Source: Octopus sinensis (Eukaryota). Taken from it: a DNA stretch of 64,000 bases. The DNA lies in assembly GCF_006345805.1 (NCBI RefSeq), contig NC_043001.1, positions 68,324,001 through 68,388,000 of the forward strand, in the 5' to 3' direction. The translations under genes and the position numbers were made by a program. Positions 24,860 to 39,060 of this stretch are shown in pieces. The stretch's first letter is position 1. Every line of letters starts with the position of its first letter. Below the pieces are notes generated by a model, which was given only the letters and a program-made list of their open reading frames with translations, was not told the origin of the DNA and searched no databases.

Positions 24860-26005
24860 TCATAACTGCTGGCAATTGACCGATATTTGCCGGTAGTACT
24901 AGGAATATTCGCAGATGGTTGCAAGAGTATTTATTTGTAGTGCTAAAATTTATTGCAAGAGCTATGAAGAATATTTGCAGATCGCGCAAGAATACATGCT
25001 AGTAAGGCAAATATTTACAGATGGTGCCGAAAAAAAGTTTTAACATGATGGTACGAAATATTTTCAGATGGCGACACTAGAAGGAAAACTTTATGGAACA
25101 AACACAAGACTTCCGAGTATAGCACTCACCATCAAATGACAGTCTTTTATAATAAACAGGTTGCTTATGGTTATCTTCCAATAATTATCTTCACCATAAT
25201 GGAAAGAAGACCGAGAATCTGTGGACACTGCTTTCGTAGGAAGGAGGAAGTCGTGAGTCAAATGCTGATATGGGAACCAACACACGGAAAGCGACTCAGG
25301 ACGTTTATCGAACATTTGGTTAAAAAACACTGGTTTGCTGAAGGGGGACCTACCAAGATTAATGCGGGAGAGTTAATTCTGGAGACAAATGGCTGATAGT
25401 GTTCATCTTCGGAAGATGCAGTCAGTATATTTGCAGGTGTTGATCTTTTATATTTGCCGAAGGAGCTGATAAGATTTGTAGATGGTTATTTACTATTAGT
25501 GCCAGAATATTTTTACAGATTGCTCCAAGAATATTTGCATGACGCGATAATGAAATTTGTTGATGGCCGTTGGAATATTTACAAGTATTGCCAAAAAATT
25601 TCAAGTGGTGCCATGAAATCTTGCAACATACGACAAAAGCACTTTCGGATGATGGCAAGCACAGTTGTAGTTGATGCTAAATACATCTACAGAAGGTACC
25701 AATAATACTTATAGATTGTCATAAGAATGTTTGCTGGTGTTGACCAAGAAATTTTTGCAGATGGTGCTAAGAATGTTTCCAGATAGTGCTAAGAATATTT
25801 ACACATGAGCCAACAATATTTGCAGGTTTTGGCTACAATATTTGTAGATGTCCACAAGAATATTTCAGTCGGAAATTAAAACATTTACAGGTGATACGAA
25901 AAATACTTGCAGATAGTTCAAAGAATATTTTCAGGTTGTGTCGTAAATATTTGGAGAATATTTATATCTGATGGCAAAATATTTTACCGGTGGTGATACG
26001 AATCT
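24860..26005 (+). repeat. Degenerate 22-bp minisatellite (consensus about aagaatatttgcagatggtgct), interrupted by an RTE-like fragment at about 25085-25420
   Basis: Recurrent aagaatattt.cagatggtg units. The insert encodes GHCFRRKEEVVSQMLIWEPTHGKR. Confidence 0.65.
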
Positions 26006-26400
26006 TTTCTTCTCTAGGCACAGGGCCCGAAATTCTTGGAGAGGGAGCCAGTCGATTACATCGACGCTAGTACGCAACTGGTACTTAATTTATCGACCCC
26101 GAAAGGATGAAAGGCAAAGTCGACCTCGGCGGAATTTAAACTCAGAACGTAAAGACAGACGAAATACCCATTTCTTTACTACCCACAAGGGGCTATACAC
26201 AGAGAGGACAAACAAGGACAGACAAATTGGATTAAGTCGATTATATCAACCCCAGTGCGTAACTGGTACTTATTTAATCGACCTCGAAGGGATGAAAGGC
26301 AAAGTCGACCTCGACGGAATTTAAACTTAGAACGTAAAAACAGACGAAATACCGCTAAGCATTTCGCCCAGTGTGCTGACGTTTCTGCCAGCTCGCCGCC
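26005..26400 (-). mobile_element. SINE family A, dimeric form
   Basis: Two tandem cores, with the 5' end ggcggcgagctggcagaaacgtcagcac on the minus strand. Confidence 0.85.
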
Positions 26401-27051
26401 TTCCGGTGGTGATAAGAATAAAACTGTGAAGCATGCAAGTGCTGTTGATAGTGTAGATAGCCTCGATAGTGGTACTGATAAAACTGATATTGTTTTAAAA
26501 CATTGATAATGCATATGGTATTTCATTGTGTTGAATGTGTAGGCAATTTAAATATTTTAGACAATGTTGATACTATAGATAATGGTGATAACAGAGTTTA
26601 TTGAGTATATGATGCTGATAGAGTAGATAATGTTGGTGGTGATAGTCTTGATGGTGATTATGATGTTGATAGTGTGGAAAATGATCATAAAATATATAAT
26701 GCCGATATTGTCGATCATGTAGATGGCAATGGGAGTACTGACTGCATTCCGATATGTCTGCTGTGTAGCTTGGTGTTCCCCAGCAGTTTCTATTGTTACT
26801 TTTTCCATTCCGTGAAATTAGATCTTTAAACACCGTCCCTCTTCTTGTTAGGCTGTTAATTCTCTCCTGGTACGTTCCTATGAAATCAAATTTGGTCAAG
26901 AATTTTCAGTGAATAATGGCAATCTTTTTGTTTTTGCTTTTGTTAACCCCTGAGCGAATCCTAACTGAGAGAATCTTGTAATTCTAGCTGAGACTATCTT
27001 GTCTTCTAGACATATGTATCTAGAATAACGTTATCTAATTTTGAAGTCGCC

Positions 27052-27132
<81 letters not shown>

Positions 27133-27139
27133 AAGAAGA

Positions 27140-27759
27140 GTCGACATACACTTTGGCCAGAGGCTGGACTGTGTCTCATACTGATTGAAAACTAGTCAAG
27201 TTTTTCTTCCCAGGATGTTGTCCACGATAGCTGTGTGCGTAGTAACAACACCAACACAGACGTGGGCTTCATTATGGCCTTGTTGAGTAACAGCAGCTGC
27301 AGGTGGGGTGGGAGAGCTAAGATAGCTTTTGGCTATGCTAAGGATGTACTTTCCCTAGAAGATATGTTCGGTGATAGAGAAGCCTAAAATTTGGAGTGAA
27401 TGTGAGGGCTATTCTTGTGTGCAGTCTCGTCTGGATATGACAGAAAGTAGATCAATGATGTATAGAAGGTAGAGTATAGAGGACAGAAGCGAAAACTGGT
27501 GAACATCATTGTTTAGTTGAGAAAAGGGTGATCAGATAGGAAGCTACTGACCCAAAAGATGAGAGATAAGTAGAGGCTGTAGGCGGGAATGTTTTGATAC
27601 AATATTAGCATGCCATATACCGCCAATGGCAACTAAATTGCTTTCATTTCACTACTATCAAATGAGAGAGCAAAAGAGGGAGAGAAGAAAGAGAGAGAGA
27701 GCAAAAGAAAGAGAGAGACAGAAAGAGAGAGCGAGCTAAAGAGAGAGTGAAAGGGAGTA

Positions 27760-27807
<48 letters not shown>

Positions 27808-29260
27808 AAAAGAGAAATTCGAGAACTTACTTGTTAACTGCTGTCTCCATTTCCCAAGAGATGTTAGCGAAAAGAACAATAGGATGATAGCGGGGTCAGA
27901 GAGGTTGCCTTTCTTTGGAATGGGACACAGCGAGGAGTGCATCCGAATATCAAGGTATATCTCTTTTGAAAGTGAGATATTAAAGTGGTTATTGAGTATA
28001 AGTACAAGCTATATGTTGCATTATTCGGGTGTAATGGGAGGGTTTACAGTGTTGAGTCTAGTGACTTATTTGTTTAAAGCCACTAAAGGTATTTTTGCAC
28101 TAGTGGAATGGAATAGATTTGGAAGAGAATGGTCAAGAGTGGTGTTTGATGTAAAAAGGAGAGCAAAAGAGGAAAATTTATGCATGGGGAAAGGTCCTGA
28201 TTACCAAACCATCAAGAGAGGTGGGGAACTGAAAATTTGGTGGTGATTCTTTTGGTAAGAGACTAAGAAAGATTCATTATACTTTGGGAAGCTGTAAAGT
28301 TTGAGAGCCGTGGATGCACGAAGGCTTCCTTGACTCAACGCATAATGGTGAATGTCACCCAGTTAGGGAGGAGGGTGAGAATCATTAGATGTTGCTCGAA
28401 TATCTGTAGTGGAGTAAACCACTTAGGGAATTATGATATTGAGATTTTGTTTGTGTGGGATGTCATGAGACATGTCTAAAAGGTTTCATTCACCCTCACC
28501 GTAGGTGTTTCTGCTGGGTCAGGAGTGAAAAACGCGTTCTGTCAGGGATAAGTAATATAAAACTAGCGGAACTCCGACCACTTAGTTGACTTGTAGTGTG
28601 GGGTGAAGGGATATTGTATAATATCGGGTTTGCGTTGGACTGTCGCAACGGGGCAGTTATCTGATGACACGATAGGTGCAGAATCGGATACGGCTTGGTA
28701 GATGATGGATTTCAACGTGAGAGAGAAATGAAGGGTATTTGGGATAACGGTCTGGAATGCGAACAGAAGAAGAAACAAGTTGATGTACAGAGATGGGAAT
28801 TACAAATGATTCGGCTGCTACACTGACAACATCGGTATGGTAGAAGTGTAAGAGATATGAAGAATTATATGTGTCAAAGTTACCGAGGAATCGAGGAAGA
28901 TCACACGGCAGGGGACAAAGATAAGATATGTGTTCTCAATACAGGAGGAGGTGTTAAAGTGTCACTGCTAGTCTCGAGTAGTCTCGGCTAGAAATGTATT
29001 TGGAGAATGATGGACTTTGAGCCAAAATAATTAGATATAATTTTTGAAATCTAACTGAGAGCGGTGAGTGATGGGACAAAAAAGTGTGTATGCACAGACA
29101 TTTTTAAGAGTGAATTTTGAATAAAGCGTATAACCTGAACAAACAGCAAAGGTGGATTGTAGATAGGGGCTGAGAAATCTAGATCTCAGAGAGAAGCCGG
29201 TGCTAAACCAAAACTAGTGGATATCTTCCCTCGAAGTACAAGTCCTTCAACTACTGGAGG
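27140..29260 (-). mobile_element. Old, heavily degraded APE-type LINE remnant
   Basis: PIPKKGNLSDP (RT N-terminal motif) near 27900. The rest is decayed LINE-like sequence interrupted by (GA)n. Confidence 0.5.
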
Positions 29261-29477
29261 ATATAAGATTTATACATTTTAATGAAACAGCCATCAACTT
29301 TACATTTCTACTGCTCCTACAACCGTGAAATACCATCCCACCTTTTCTATATCAAGGACTACATTGTTAAACATATCCACCTTTATCTTTTTCTAAAAAA
29401 GTTAGGTGTGATTCAAGAGAGAATTGGATGCTATTTCTAACAGCTCGAGCGACCACATAGATGGTCCGTTGTTGGGA

Positions 29478-29686
29478 ATGATAAATAACCTGTGATGTAT
29501 CAAGTCACATTTACTAGCAAAGAACACAGCAGAGTACCGGAGGTGTAATACGAACCAAAACATTTGTTTGCTAATCCATCACTGTTAGTCATTCAAACAG
29601 CAGCTGCTCCAGGTATTAGGATTAAGTTTTAGTTAATCAATACCTAGATGGTCTTCTACAATATCTTGTATTAAAAACACGAAATA
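29478..29686 (+). repeat. About 210-bp direct repeat, copy 1
   Basis: Closely similar to 30818-31027. Confidence 0.85.
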
Positions 29687-30295
29687 AATCGTTAAAAGAC
29701 AACTTCAGGATTTTATTAAGATCTTTTGAAATGAAATAGCATTGCAAAGAATGTTAAATTGACGACACATTTCAAATATAAAGAACAGACGATATGTCCA
29801 TTTGGTTGAATGCCTTATAGTAGTTTATTTGAGTTTATTTCAATTATATTACCTGTGATCAGAACGAAATTTAATGTAAATATTGTAGTTAATCTTGTAG
29901 AAGTTCTCTATCAGCTGTTCTTGATATCTACATTTATTAAATGTCTCTCTACATTATTGAAAACTTGAGGTGTTCTTTCTTGAATTCTAATTATTTTCTT
30001 TTATTATTATTTAAATTAAGTGGTAAAGATTCCGAAGTAAGAATCTCATTTATGGCCGCCTTTTTACAACAGCTGCTGACATTTTTTCCATGTTTTTAAT
30101 GTTTGTCATACATAATAGAAATTAGAAATTAACATGAAAGATCCCTCGAGTATAATAAAATTCATAAGAATGAATAGCTTTGTGTCTAGATATGTATGTG
30201 TGTATGTCTATGTATGTGTGCTTCTATGTGTATGTATACAGTTGCATACGCACCTACCTACCTACCTACATACCTACCTACCTACCTACATACAT

Positions 30296-30326
<31 letters not shown>

Positions 30327-30330
30327 TACA

Positions 30331-30364
<34 letters not shown>

Positions 30365-30817
30365 CATACATACATACATACATACACACACATATACGTA
30401 CATACATACATACATTTATATATGCGTGTATGTATATATATATGCATCTATACGTTTATGTATGTATATATGTGTATTTGATAGAGACTGAAGATATGGT
30501 TGCTTTATTCAAAACCTATATAAATATGTTCTTGTATCCCTGATATATTGACTCCTTTACCGAAATGCTTTACACGCAGACACACACAACATATTCAGAC
30601 AAACTCACATACGCATACACATAAATCTTTCAGTTCTCTATTATTTTTGAGCAATCATGGTTAAAATCACATTAAACCACTCACTCACGCCGTTGCCTCC
30701 TCCTGGGTCGTAGGCCACCGACTATCTCTTACCACTGATCCTTAACCTGAACCTTCCTCTCCAGTTTCCCCAGCACGAGTTACGTTGCTAGGAGTCCCTT
30801 GACCTTCCTCTCTTCTT

Positions 30818-31027
30818 TATGATAAATAACTTGTGATGTATCAATTCACAGTTACCAGCCAAGAACACAGAAGTGTACCGGAGGTGTAATACGAACCAAA
30901 ACATTTGTTTGCTAATCCATCACTGTTAGTCATTCAAACAGCAGCTGCTCCATGTATTAGGATTAACTTTTAGTCAATCAATAAATAGATGGTCTTCTAC
31001 ACTATCTTGTATTACAAAACACGAAAT
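30818..31027 (+). repeat. About 210-bp direct repeat, copy 2
   Basis: Closely similar to 29478-29686. It is preceded by a short RTE-like 3' fragment (30683-30805, minus strand). Confidence 0.85.
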
Positions 31028-31150
31028 CAATACCTAGGGGTTTGATCTTAGACACTACAGGTGAAGATGAACTGGGGTTTTCTGAGGTTGTTTTCAATAC
31101 AGCGCCTTTCTTCGATTCATGTCAGTTACTCTATTCAGGAGACGTGCACA

Positions 31151-31242
<92 letters not shown>

Positions 31243-31366
31243 ACTGTCTGTCAAAATCTCTCTCTCTCTATCTATATGTCTATCTACCGATAGACATGTA
31301 GATAGATATGTTGTAATACAACTAAATTAAAACCCTCATTACATTTATGTAGATTAGAACAATATA

Positions 31367-32993
31367 CACTGGCGAAAATAAATCTAAGACCGATCATAAA
31401 AGTTCTATTTCTTGCAAAATATTTTGTTACTAACACCATAAAAATTATTTTTATCTTTTACACCTTATGCAGAATTTATTTCTCTGATGCAGACAATAAC
31501 TATTTTTATACAGCTTGAAGAATACTAATGCTAAATTAATATAAACGTTTCAAATTTACCGACAAAATCAGTTTAAAACCATGTAATATGTATGCAAATT
31601 TTTTTGCCAAAATGGGTGGTCACACAACGAGCCTAACTGCACTATAAAGTGTTGTAATTTAAAGTTATTATACAATTGATTAATAATGGGAAAACAACGT
31701 AGCCTCAGTCCAGTCACGAAAGCAAAAATCGTATCACTCCACCAGCAAAAAGTTTCCTTTTCGAACATCAGCAAGCAACTAAAGTGCAGTAAAACGGCTT
31801 GCTTGCAAGCGTGGAAGTATACTCGGAGACTGGTCAATATAAAGATCGGCAAAGTACTGGCGCCCCAAGAAAAATGACGGCGCAGTTGGACCGTCGAATC
31901 CACCGACTTTCGGAAGGCAACTGAATGCTGACAGCTGTTGACATTTGTAAACAATTGTCCAACGAGAATGGTGTTATTTTTACACCACAAACTGTCCGCA
32001 ACCGTTTGTGAGAATTTGAACTACATGGAGGAATCGCTTGGTAAAAGCCAATAATATCCGAAAGAAATCAACACGAACGCCTTAATTTCGCAAAAAGTCA
32101 TGCTCAATGGACTGCAGAAGATTGGTGCTGGGTCCTTTGGAGTGACGAATCACGCTTCTGTATATTTGGATCAGATGGTAAAACATACGTCAGACGTCGC
32201 CCAACCGAGGAATTCCATCTGAAATGCGTGAAAAAGATGGTGCAAGCGTGGGTGGGGGTCTGATGGTGTGGGCGGCATTTAGTAGTTTTGGTGTTGATCC
32301 TCTAGTTAAAGTCGATGGAAAGCTAAATAGTGTAGGTTATATGAATCTACTAAAGGATAATGTTGTGTCATATTTGACTCATCAAATGCCTCCGGGGGCT
32401 ATTTATCTGCAGGACAATAGTCCTGTGCGCAAAGCCAAAACGGTTAAGGAATCTTTTGATCACCATAATATTGACGTAATCGAATGGCCTCCCCAGAGCC
32501 CGGACCTGAACCCGATCGAGAATCTGTGGGATTATGTTTCCAAAAAAGTCCATGCCAAAAAACCATCTAATCTAAAACAATTATTTGACTATATCAATGA
32601 AATATGGCAAAACATTCCCATAGAATTTTGTAATCACTTAGCGAATTCAAAGCCGAGGCGTTGTTAAGCCGTTATTAAGAATAAAGGCTACGGCACAAAG
32701 TATTAATATTATTTCGTTCTTGTTGCTCATTTTTGCTACAGTCTTAAGCTTTAAATAAAATTATAATGATACGGTCTTAAACTAATTTTGCCGGTAAATA
32801 TGAAACGTTTATATTAATTTAGCATTAGTATTCTTCAAGTTGTATAAAAATAGTTATTGTCTGCATCATTCGAAAGAGAAATAAATTCTGCATAAGGTGT
32901 AAAAGATGAAAATAATTTTTATGGTGTTAGTAACAAAATATTTTGTAAGAAATAGGACTTTTATCATCGGTCTTAAATTTATTTTCGCCAGTG
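31367..32993 (+). mobile_element. Full-length Tc1 (DD34E) transposon with about 215-bp IR/DR-type TIRs and TA TSD
   Basis: TA|cactggcgaaaataaat ... atttattttcgccagtg|TA. The long TIRs are at 31367-31583 and about 32770-32993. Confidence 0.93.
31686..32706 (+). pseudogene. Tc1 transposase, frameshifted
   Basis: HTH N-terminus MGKQRSLS..., WSDES, GGGLMVW, and QDN-x-WPPQSPDLNPIENLW with 34 aa between the second D and E. Confidence 0.9.
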
Positions 32994-33679
32994 TATATTC
33001 CAATCTTTATTTTACCAAATCCATATCCGAGTTTTGCATTGCTGCTTAGATGAGGCGAGAATATGATGTGGAATCTTGTACTGAATTAATCCTGTGTATA
33101 TACAATATAATATAATATAATATAATATAATATAATATAATATAATATAATATAATATAATATAATATAACATAAGGAATATAAAGGCAAAAATGGACGA
33201 ATCAATCAGCCAACAAGTAGCACTTGAATGATATCAGTAAAGTGGAAATATGTGGGCGCTGATTAAAGCAGGAAGTAGCAAACCAGCTTAAAAATATATG
33301 AAAAATAAGCTGTGTAAGCAACAACGTGTGAGTGTTGATGAGTAGTGTTGTTTTTTGGTTGACATTTGCTGAATTCACACAATGGAACATGAGTTTTGTT
33401 ATCATTGATGAGCATGTTGAATAGGAAATGCATTAATGATAATGCGGATTAATAAAGCACAGATGTCACCAACGAGAACACGTTTTATTATCATTTGTAG
33501 AAAAGGTAAGATCGGAGTGTATAAAGTGTAGGTGGAGATGCAAGATGAAGAGTGGGAGCAGTAAAAGAGCTTTTGAGAAGGTTGAACCAAAAGTAACGTA
33601 AAAGTGGGCAGGACGTTCTTTTGAACTGACATACGTCGTTCATACTGATAGATTAGGTGATACTTTATCCGAAGATACT

Positions 33680-34330
33680 ACACAATATAACCTCGTCGCA
33701 ATGATGCATTTGTGCTATTGTTGAATCGAAATCACGAATCCGTTTCGATAAAATTCATGTATTCACTGTTATACCCACTTCTTCAAAAACAATTTCACTT
33801 CTTTGTCATCAAATCATTGTCCCCCGAACAAGTGGATGCCAGCGGGTATCAAATCTAGGCTCTAAGGTAGTTGGGGACAACATATAAAGCTAATTTGCTG
33901 ATTGCCTGATGTGTTGTCAACGATATGTGTGGTCAGATATTGTCATGGCAAATGTAAATCCTTTTCAGATTATTTTCCCCCATTTTCTTCCTAATGGCTT
34001 CCCTAAACTGTCCCTCGATGTTCACAGTACAACTATAATTCAGAAAATCAAGGGGAATGACACCTTTGTCATCCCCAAAAACAGTCATCATGACTTTTTG
34101 TGCCAATCGTTCGCTCGTGAAATTCTTAGGCCACGTACTGAACCTCTATTTCTGGATCATAAATATACTCTCACGTTGTATTCCAAGTCACCACATTGAA
34201 AACAGATATGTTTCAATTCGTTTCAAAAACTTCTATTTAATCAGGATAGACTTGCATCTTCCTCTCCATCAAATAAGGTGTCAAGTACCGAGATACCGAC
34301 TTTTGTAATTAGTGTTGTAATTATCATGAA
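33680..34330 (-). mobile_element. Degraded mariner-like transposase remnant
   Basis: The minus strand near 33880-33820 resembles PHPPYSPDLAPSDFHLFG, followed by an FYRNG-like C-terminal motif. Confidence 0.55.
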
Positions 34331-35224
34331 GCTTTGCAATGTGTGCAGATAATATAGAGGCTTGAAAAAAAAAAGCTTTCAGCAAAACAGGTGAGAAATT
34401 AGACTAAATATGTAGCACGATAGCAATAGATAAAAGCAAAGAGAAAATATAAAGGATTACTTTACAGAGATCATTTAATGATCCTATAATAATGCAAGGA
34501 AGATGTCCCTTTTCAAATAGAAGAATGAAAAATAACCAAAGATTTCGGAGAAATGTGTGTACCAGCTTGCTAGAGTACATAAGTTGTGGTCTGTTAAGTT
34601 TGGTAGTATCAGCGTAGTAGGTAGTGTAGTGTACGAAAAGCAGGAGCTGTATTGTTATGAGTATTTCGTTTATTTACAATATTTTTGTATGAGTGAAATT
34701 GTTGGTTAAATAGTATTATTAATACAAGTCATTGAAGATTTACACAATTCGATATCGCGTTTTTATCCTTCTTTGTTAAGAAATGTCACAATATGTATGA
34801 TAGTAACTTAGAGAAAATACAACAAATTGATAGAGATATGACCTCATAAAAAGTAAACTAATTTATCCGAATGTATTTCGAAGAGGTTTTTATACAAACA
34901 TCCTAAGATCTTATTTTCTCAAAATTTTGTTCCTGAGTTCGTTTTCAGGTGTGACCACAGACATTATCTCTGGACCCTCGACCGTGTAGAACACCAGCAA
35001 CTCGAAGATTTTGGCCGCTCCAAAGTATAGAACGCCACTCCCTTTGGCCAGTGCAAGTTATCCTTGATCAACGTTTCTGGCATTAAGGTTGCTTTGTGTG
35101 AGGCATGAAATGTCTCTTGTGCTGGAATCTCCTGTCGAAAACGACCTATGAGTATTAAGGTTTTGCTGAAAGGCATGCACGAACAATTTCATTATAGCGA
35201 TCAAATGTATGAGGTGTACATAAA

Positions 35225-35629
35225 CTCACTCCCCCACCCCATCAGATCAACATTGCCTGTACAAGTGCACAAGCATGACGTATGTCAGATGCCGAAATGA
35301 TCGCAGGGCGACGTGGAATGGGGTATTTTGCTAAAAAAAAACGCACCTTCCGACCCACGAATCGAACCTAAGTACCAATCCACGCGCCTTCAAACACACA
35401 CACAGACTTATGTATATATATATATACACACACACTCACATACACACACACACACACACACACATACATATACATGCGATGGGCTTCTTTTAGCTTGTGT
35501 CAAGTCCACTCACAATCTTTGGTTGGCCCAGGGTCATGGTGGAAGACACTTGACCAAGATTCCACACTGTGGAACTGAACCTGAAACCATGTGTTTGGGA
35601 TTCGAACTTCTTATTACACAGTCATATCT

Positions 35630-35630
<1 letters not shown>
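35225..35630 (-). mobile_element. SINE family B/C fragments
   Basis: gggcttcttttag...ccactcacaa...ggaactgaacc.gaaaccatgtg is homologous to 12700-12846. Confidence 0.65.
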
Positions 35631-35675
<45 letters not shown>

Positions 35676-36959
35676 CAATTTTTCTAAAGTTCAATAAAAT
35701 AAATAATAATGATGAATACACGCGTACTTGTGCATGATTAACAAAATAAATCTCCATATACTAGAACAATATTTTTTAACTACTTTACCCACTTATCAGT
35801 TAATTCAATATTTGTGTGTATTCGACCTATCGACAAATAGAGAAATATCGGATGACGTTCCTCATAAATTGAATTGACGATTCAATGACATAATTAATTT
35901 TACTGCCAAATTCTCAAAAAGTACTAATACGTAAAGAAACAATAGATCCACATTTCTTTCCCAATGTGAAAACAAACATAGCAAAATCGAGACAAAGCAA
36001 AATCGAGACAAAGCAAAAAAGAAAAAAAATTCTACCTTTAGTTGACACACACTTTTCGTTAAGATATTTAATCGGAACACAGTAAATGTCAGTTAGGGCT
36101 GCAGAAGCAACTGTGAAACAATCTTATTTAAACGACTGAATAATCTTAATGAAGATAATAGTTGTATGTGAATATGCCAAAAATGTATGTGAGTGAGTGC
36201 GTGTGAGTGTGTGTGCGAATGTGTGTGAGTGTGTGTGTCTGACTGTGTGTGTGTGTATGTGTATGTATGTAAGTAGGTCAATGTGTGTGTATGTGAATGC
36301 GTGTGTGTGTATGTGCGTGTGTGTGTTTGGCTGCTTGAGACTCCTGAAACTGTATTGTGACGAGAAGTAGTAATCCGTTCTGAAGAAGACTAAATAAATA
36401 ATGCACCATACAGAAACGAGTGAAGGAAATTTCGCTTAATCTTTTCGAAACAGACAAAAGAGAAATATAATAACATTTGAAGGTTTATATGGAGTTTATT
36501 GAATAAGGAATTAATAATTCAAACATGCTTTGATATAAACTGAATAGGCACAAGCGATACATAAAAAAATTTCAACGTATATATTAGAGAGAAGTTTTCA
36601 CTAAAAGAAAATTAAAACCTGAAACCACAAATAAAACTTAAATAATAGACCTGAAATGTTCACGAAATGCAGAAGTATTAAGAAATTCCTTCTAGTAAAT
36701 TTCAGTAAGAAACAATAGAATCCCATTTATGCATCTCTTGAAAATTTATGGGTTTTTCTCTTACATATTTCCTTACTGACATTTCTCAATGCGAATGTCC
36801 AAACCGAAATTAACAATACACTGACAGAACATTACAATACACTGATGGAAACTAACAATATAATTTACGGAACACTCGAACATTTGCTCGAATCGTATCA
36901 AACTGTTCTATGAAGGTTGAATTGTTAAGTCATAGAAGGTATCAATCTTCATTTACAAT

Positions 36960-37150
36960 ATTGGTTTCAAATTTTGGCGCAAGGTGAGTCGATTACATCG
37001 ACCCCAGTACTCGGCCGGTACTTATTTTATCACCCCGAAAAGATGAAAGGTAAAGTCAACCTCGGTGGAATTTGAACTCAGAACGTAAAGACATATGAAA
37101 TACCGCTAAACAGTTTGTCCGGCGTGCTAATGATTCTGCCAGCTCACCGC
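36960..37150 (-). mobile_element. SINE family A, monomer
   Basis: Contains the family core sequence. Confidence 0.8.
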
Positions 37151-37352
37151 TTTGATCTTTACAATATTAAAAGGAGATATATATTTTCATTTTCAAAAAC
37201 GTATTCAATGTACTGGGTAGTTACACACACACACACACATACACACACACACACACACAGACACAGACACACACACACACACACCACACACACACGCACG
37301 TGCGCGCACACACATACACACACACACACACACACATACATGGTATATACAC

Positions 37353-37478
37353 AATCCTTTCTGACGAAGAGCATAGGTTGGAAATGTCAACGATTTTTCT
37401 ATTCTTTCCGAGCGCTTAACTAATACACTTGTTTGTTGTTCTTTCACCTGTTTTCGTCTTTTGTTTTCTGTAAATGCG

Positions 37479-37482
<4 letters not shown>
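37353..37482 (+). mobile_element. PLE 3' module with degenerate hammerhead
   Basis: CTTT-CTGACGA-AGAGC-ATAG-GTTG-GAAA-TG-TC^AACG. The tail cacctg...tcttttgttttctgt is shared with 43340-43375. Confidence 0.55.
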
Positions 37483-37523
<41 letters not shown>

Positions 37524-37663
37524 AATAAAAATTTGTCGTTGAAAATGTACCTGAATTTGAAATACTTGTAATTGCTTTTAAAATATTTATTTACATACAA
37601 TCACAAATTGTAAAATTCAGATGCATTTTCAATAACACATTTTTCTATATACTTTGTTATATA

Positions 37664-37741
<78 letters not shown>

Positions 37742-37786
37742 AATGAAAGAATGGAGTCGAACGAAGATGTTAACAAAATTCCTTTA

Positions 37787-37867
37787 CTCTCGACATATGT
37801 TTCGAAGACAACATTTTTTCATTCCAAAGGAATAAAGGGTGCATTATGCAATCTTCTCATCGAGAAA
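37787..37867 (-). ncRNA. Hammerhead with mutated core, same family as 13052-13139
   Basis: Reverse complement: TTTC-TCGATGA-GAAGATTGCA...TGTCTTC-GAAA-CATATG-TC^GAGAG. Confidence 0.55.
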
Positions 37868-38039
37868 GAAAGGGAGCCTCTCTCGACAACAAGACAAACA
37901 AAAATTTCGATGACTGCCTACATGGTAAAGAAAGCGATAATGAGTGTTTTTTTTTAAAAACCGTTAGAAGAATTGACGTCAAAGATAGATAGTAGGAAGA
38001 GAAGGGAGGCCATCTTTACAACACAGGTTACGAACACTT

Positions 38040-39060
38040 CGGGATGCAGGTAAACACATCAAAGACAAAAACCCTGATCCAACCTGAACCAGGCCAGAAC
38101 AGTCCACCCACGAACGTGGCATTATCGACGGCATACCGCATCTAACGGACTAAATGGTAGAGGTCCCAGTCTCTGTGCGAAGACGTGTGAAATTGAAGAG
38201 TCTACCATCCAAGCGATAGCGCATGTTGATGGAAGGTGAGTCTAGTGGGAATTTCGTTGAACAAGGTGGCCATGTACAAAGAGAAACAGGTTGGCGCCAG
38301 GACTCATCATAGCTTAAGATTCCTAGTGATGGAAACGGGTCTGTGAGGGCAGTTTGATGGCATACCCTATCCACAATGCCGTCGTGAATGGAACGGACCA
38401 GGGCAATGAAGTTCTTCGGACATCCAAACCGAGCAGGGACTGCTTACATTGCAGGCTGCTGTTGTTCTTGACATTTCTCCTGAAGTTGGCGGGCATAAAA
38501 GCTCATGTCGATTGTGCCACGAGAGAGTCAAAAGCCACATTGGGACTCAGGGAGGACGTCTTCGCGAGGATGATGAGACGATTGAGTAGGATACAGGCGT
38601 AGATTTTGCTTGTAATACCTAGGAGTGAGATGCCCCGATAGTTGTTGCAATACTTTCAGTCTCCCTTCTTGTAGATGGTGATGATAGTTGCGTCACGGAA
38701 GTCGTTCACAGATATTGAGGATAATGAGCATCAGATGATTACTCATCTCAGGACCTCGGTGTGTGAAAAACTCAAACGGGATGCTATTTGGTCCTGGAGT
38801 TTTTCCCCGGCTTCATGCGCCCGAATACCTTGTTGAACTCATGAGGCGAGGGTGGCAGTGACATCCAATGGCGGATGAGAAGCTGTGGGGTGCTTTGGAG
38901 GAGATCGTCAGGAGTGCTTGAGTGGTTGTTAAGTAGGGTCTCGAAATGGGATTTCCAACGATCGATTTTTGTCCGGATAGTCAGCACATAATTGAAAAAT
39001 ACACGTTGGCTGAGTCTATCCAAGGCGGAGTGGGTCGCCCTGATCCGGCCCTTCACGTCC
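38040..39060 (-). mobile_element. RTE-clade LINE RT fragments
   Basis: The minus strand gives DFRDATIITIYKKGD*KYCNNYRGISLLGITSKI, RWKSHFETLLN and RYRLDGRLFN. Confidence 0.8.
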
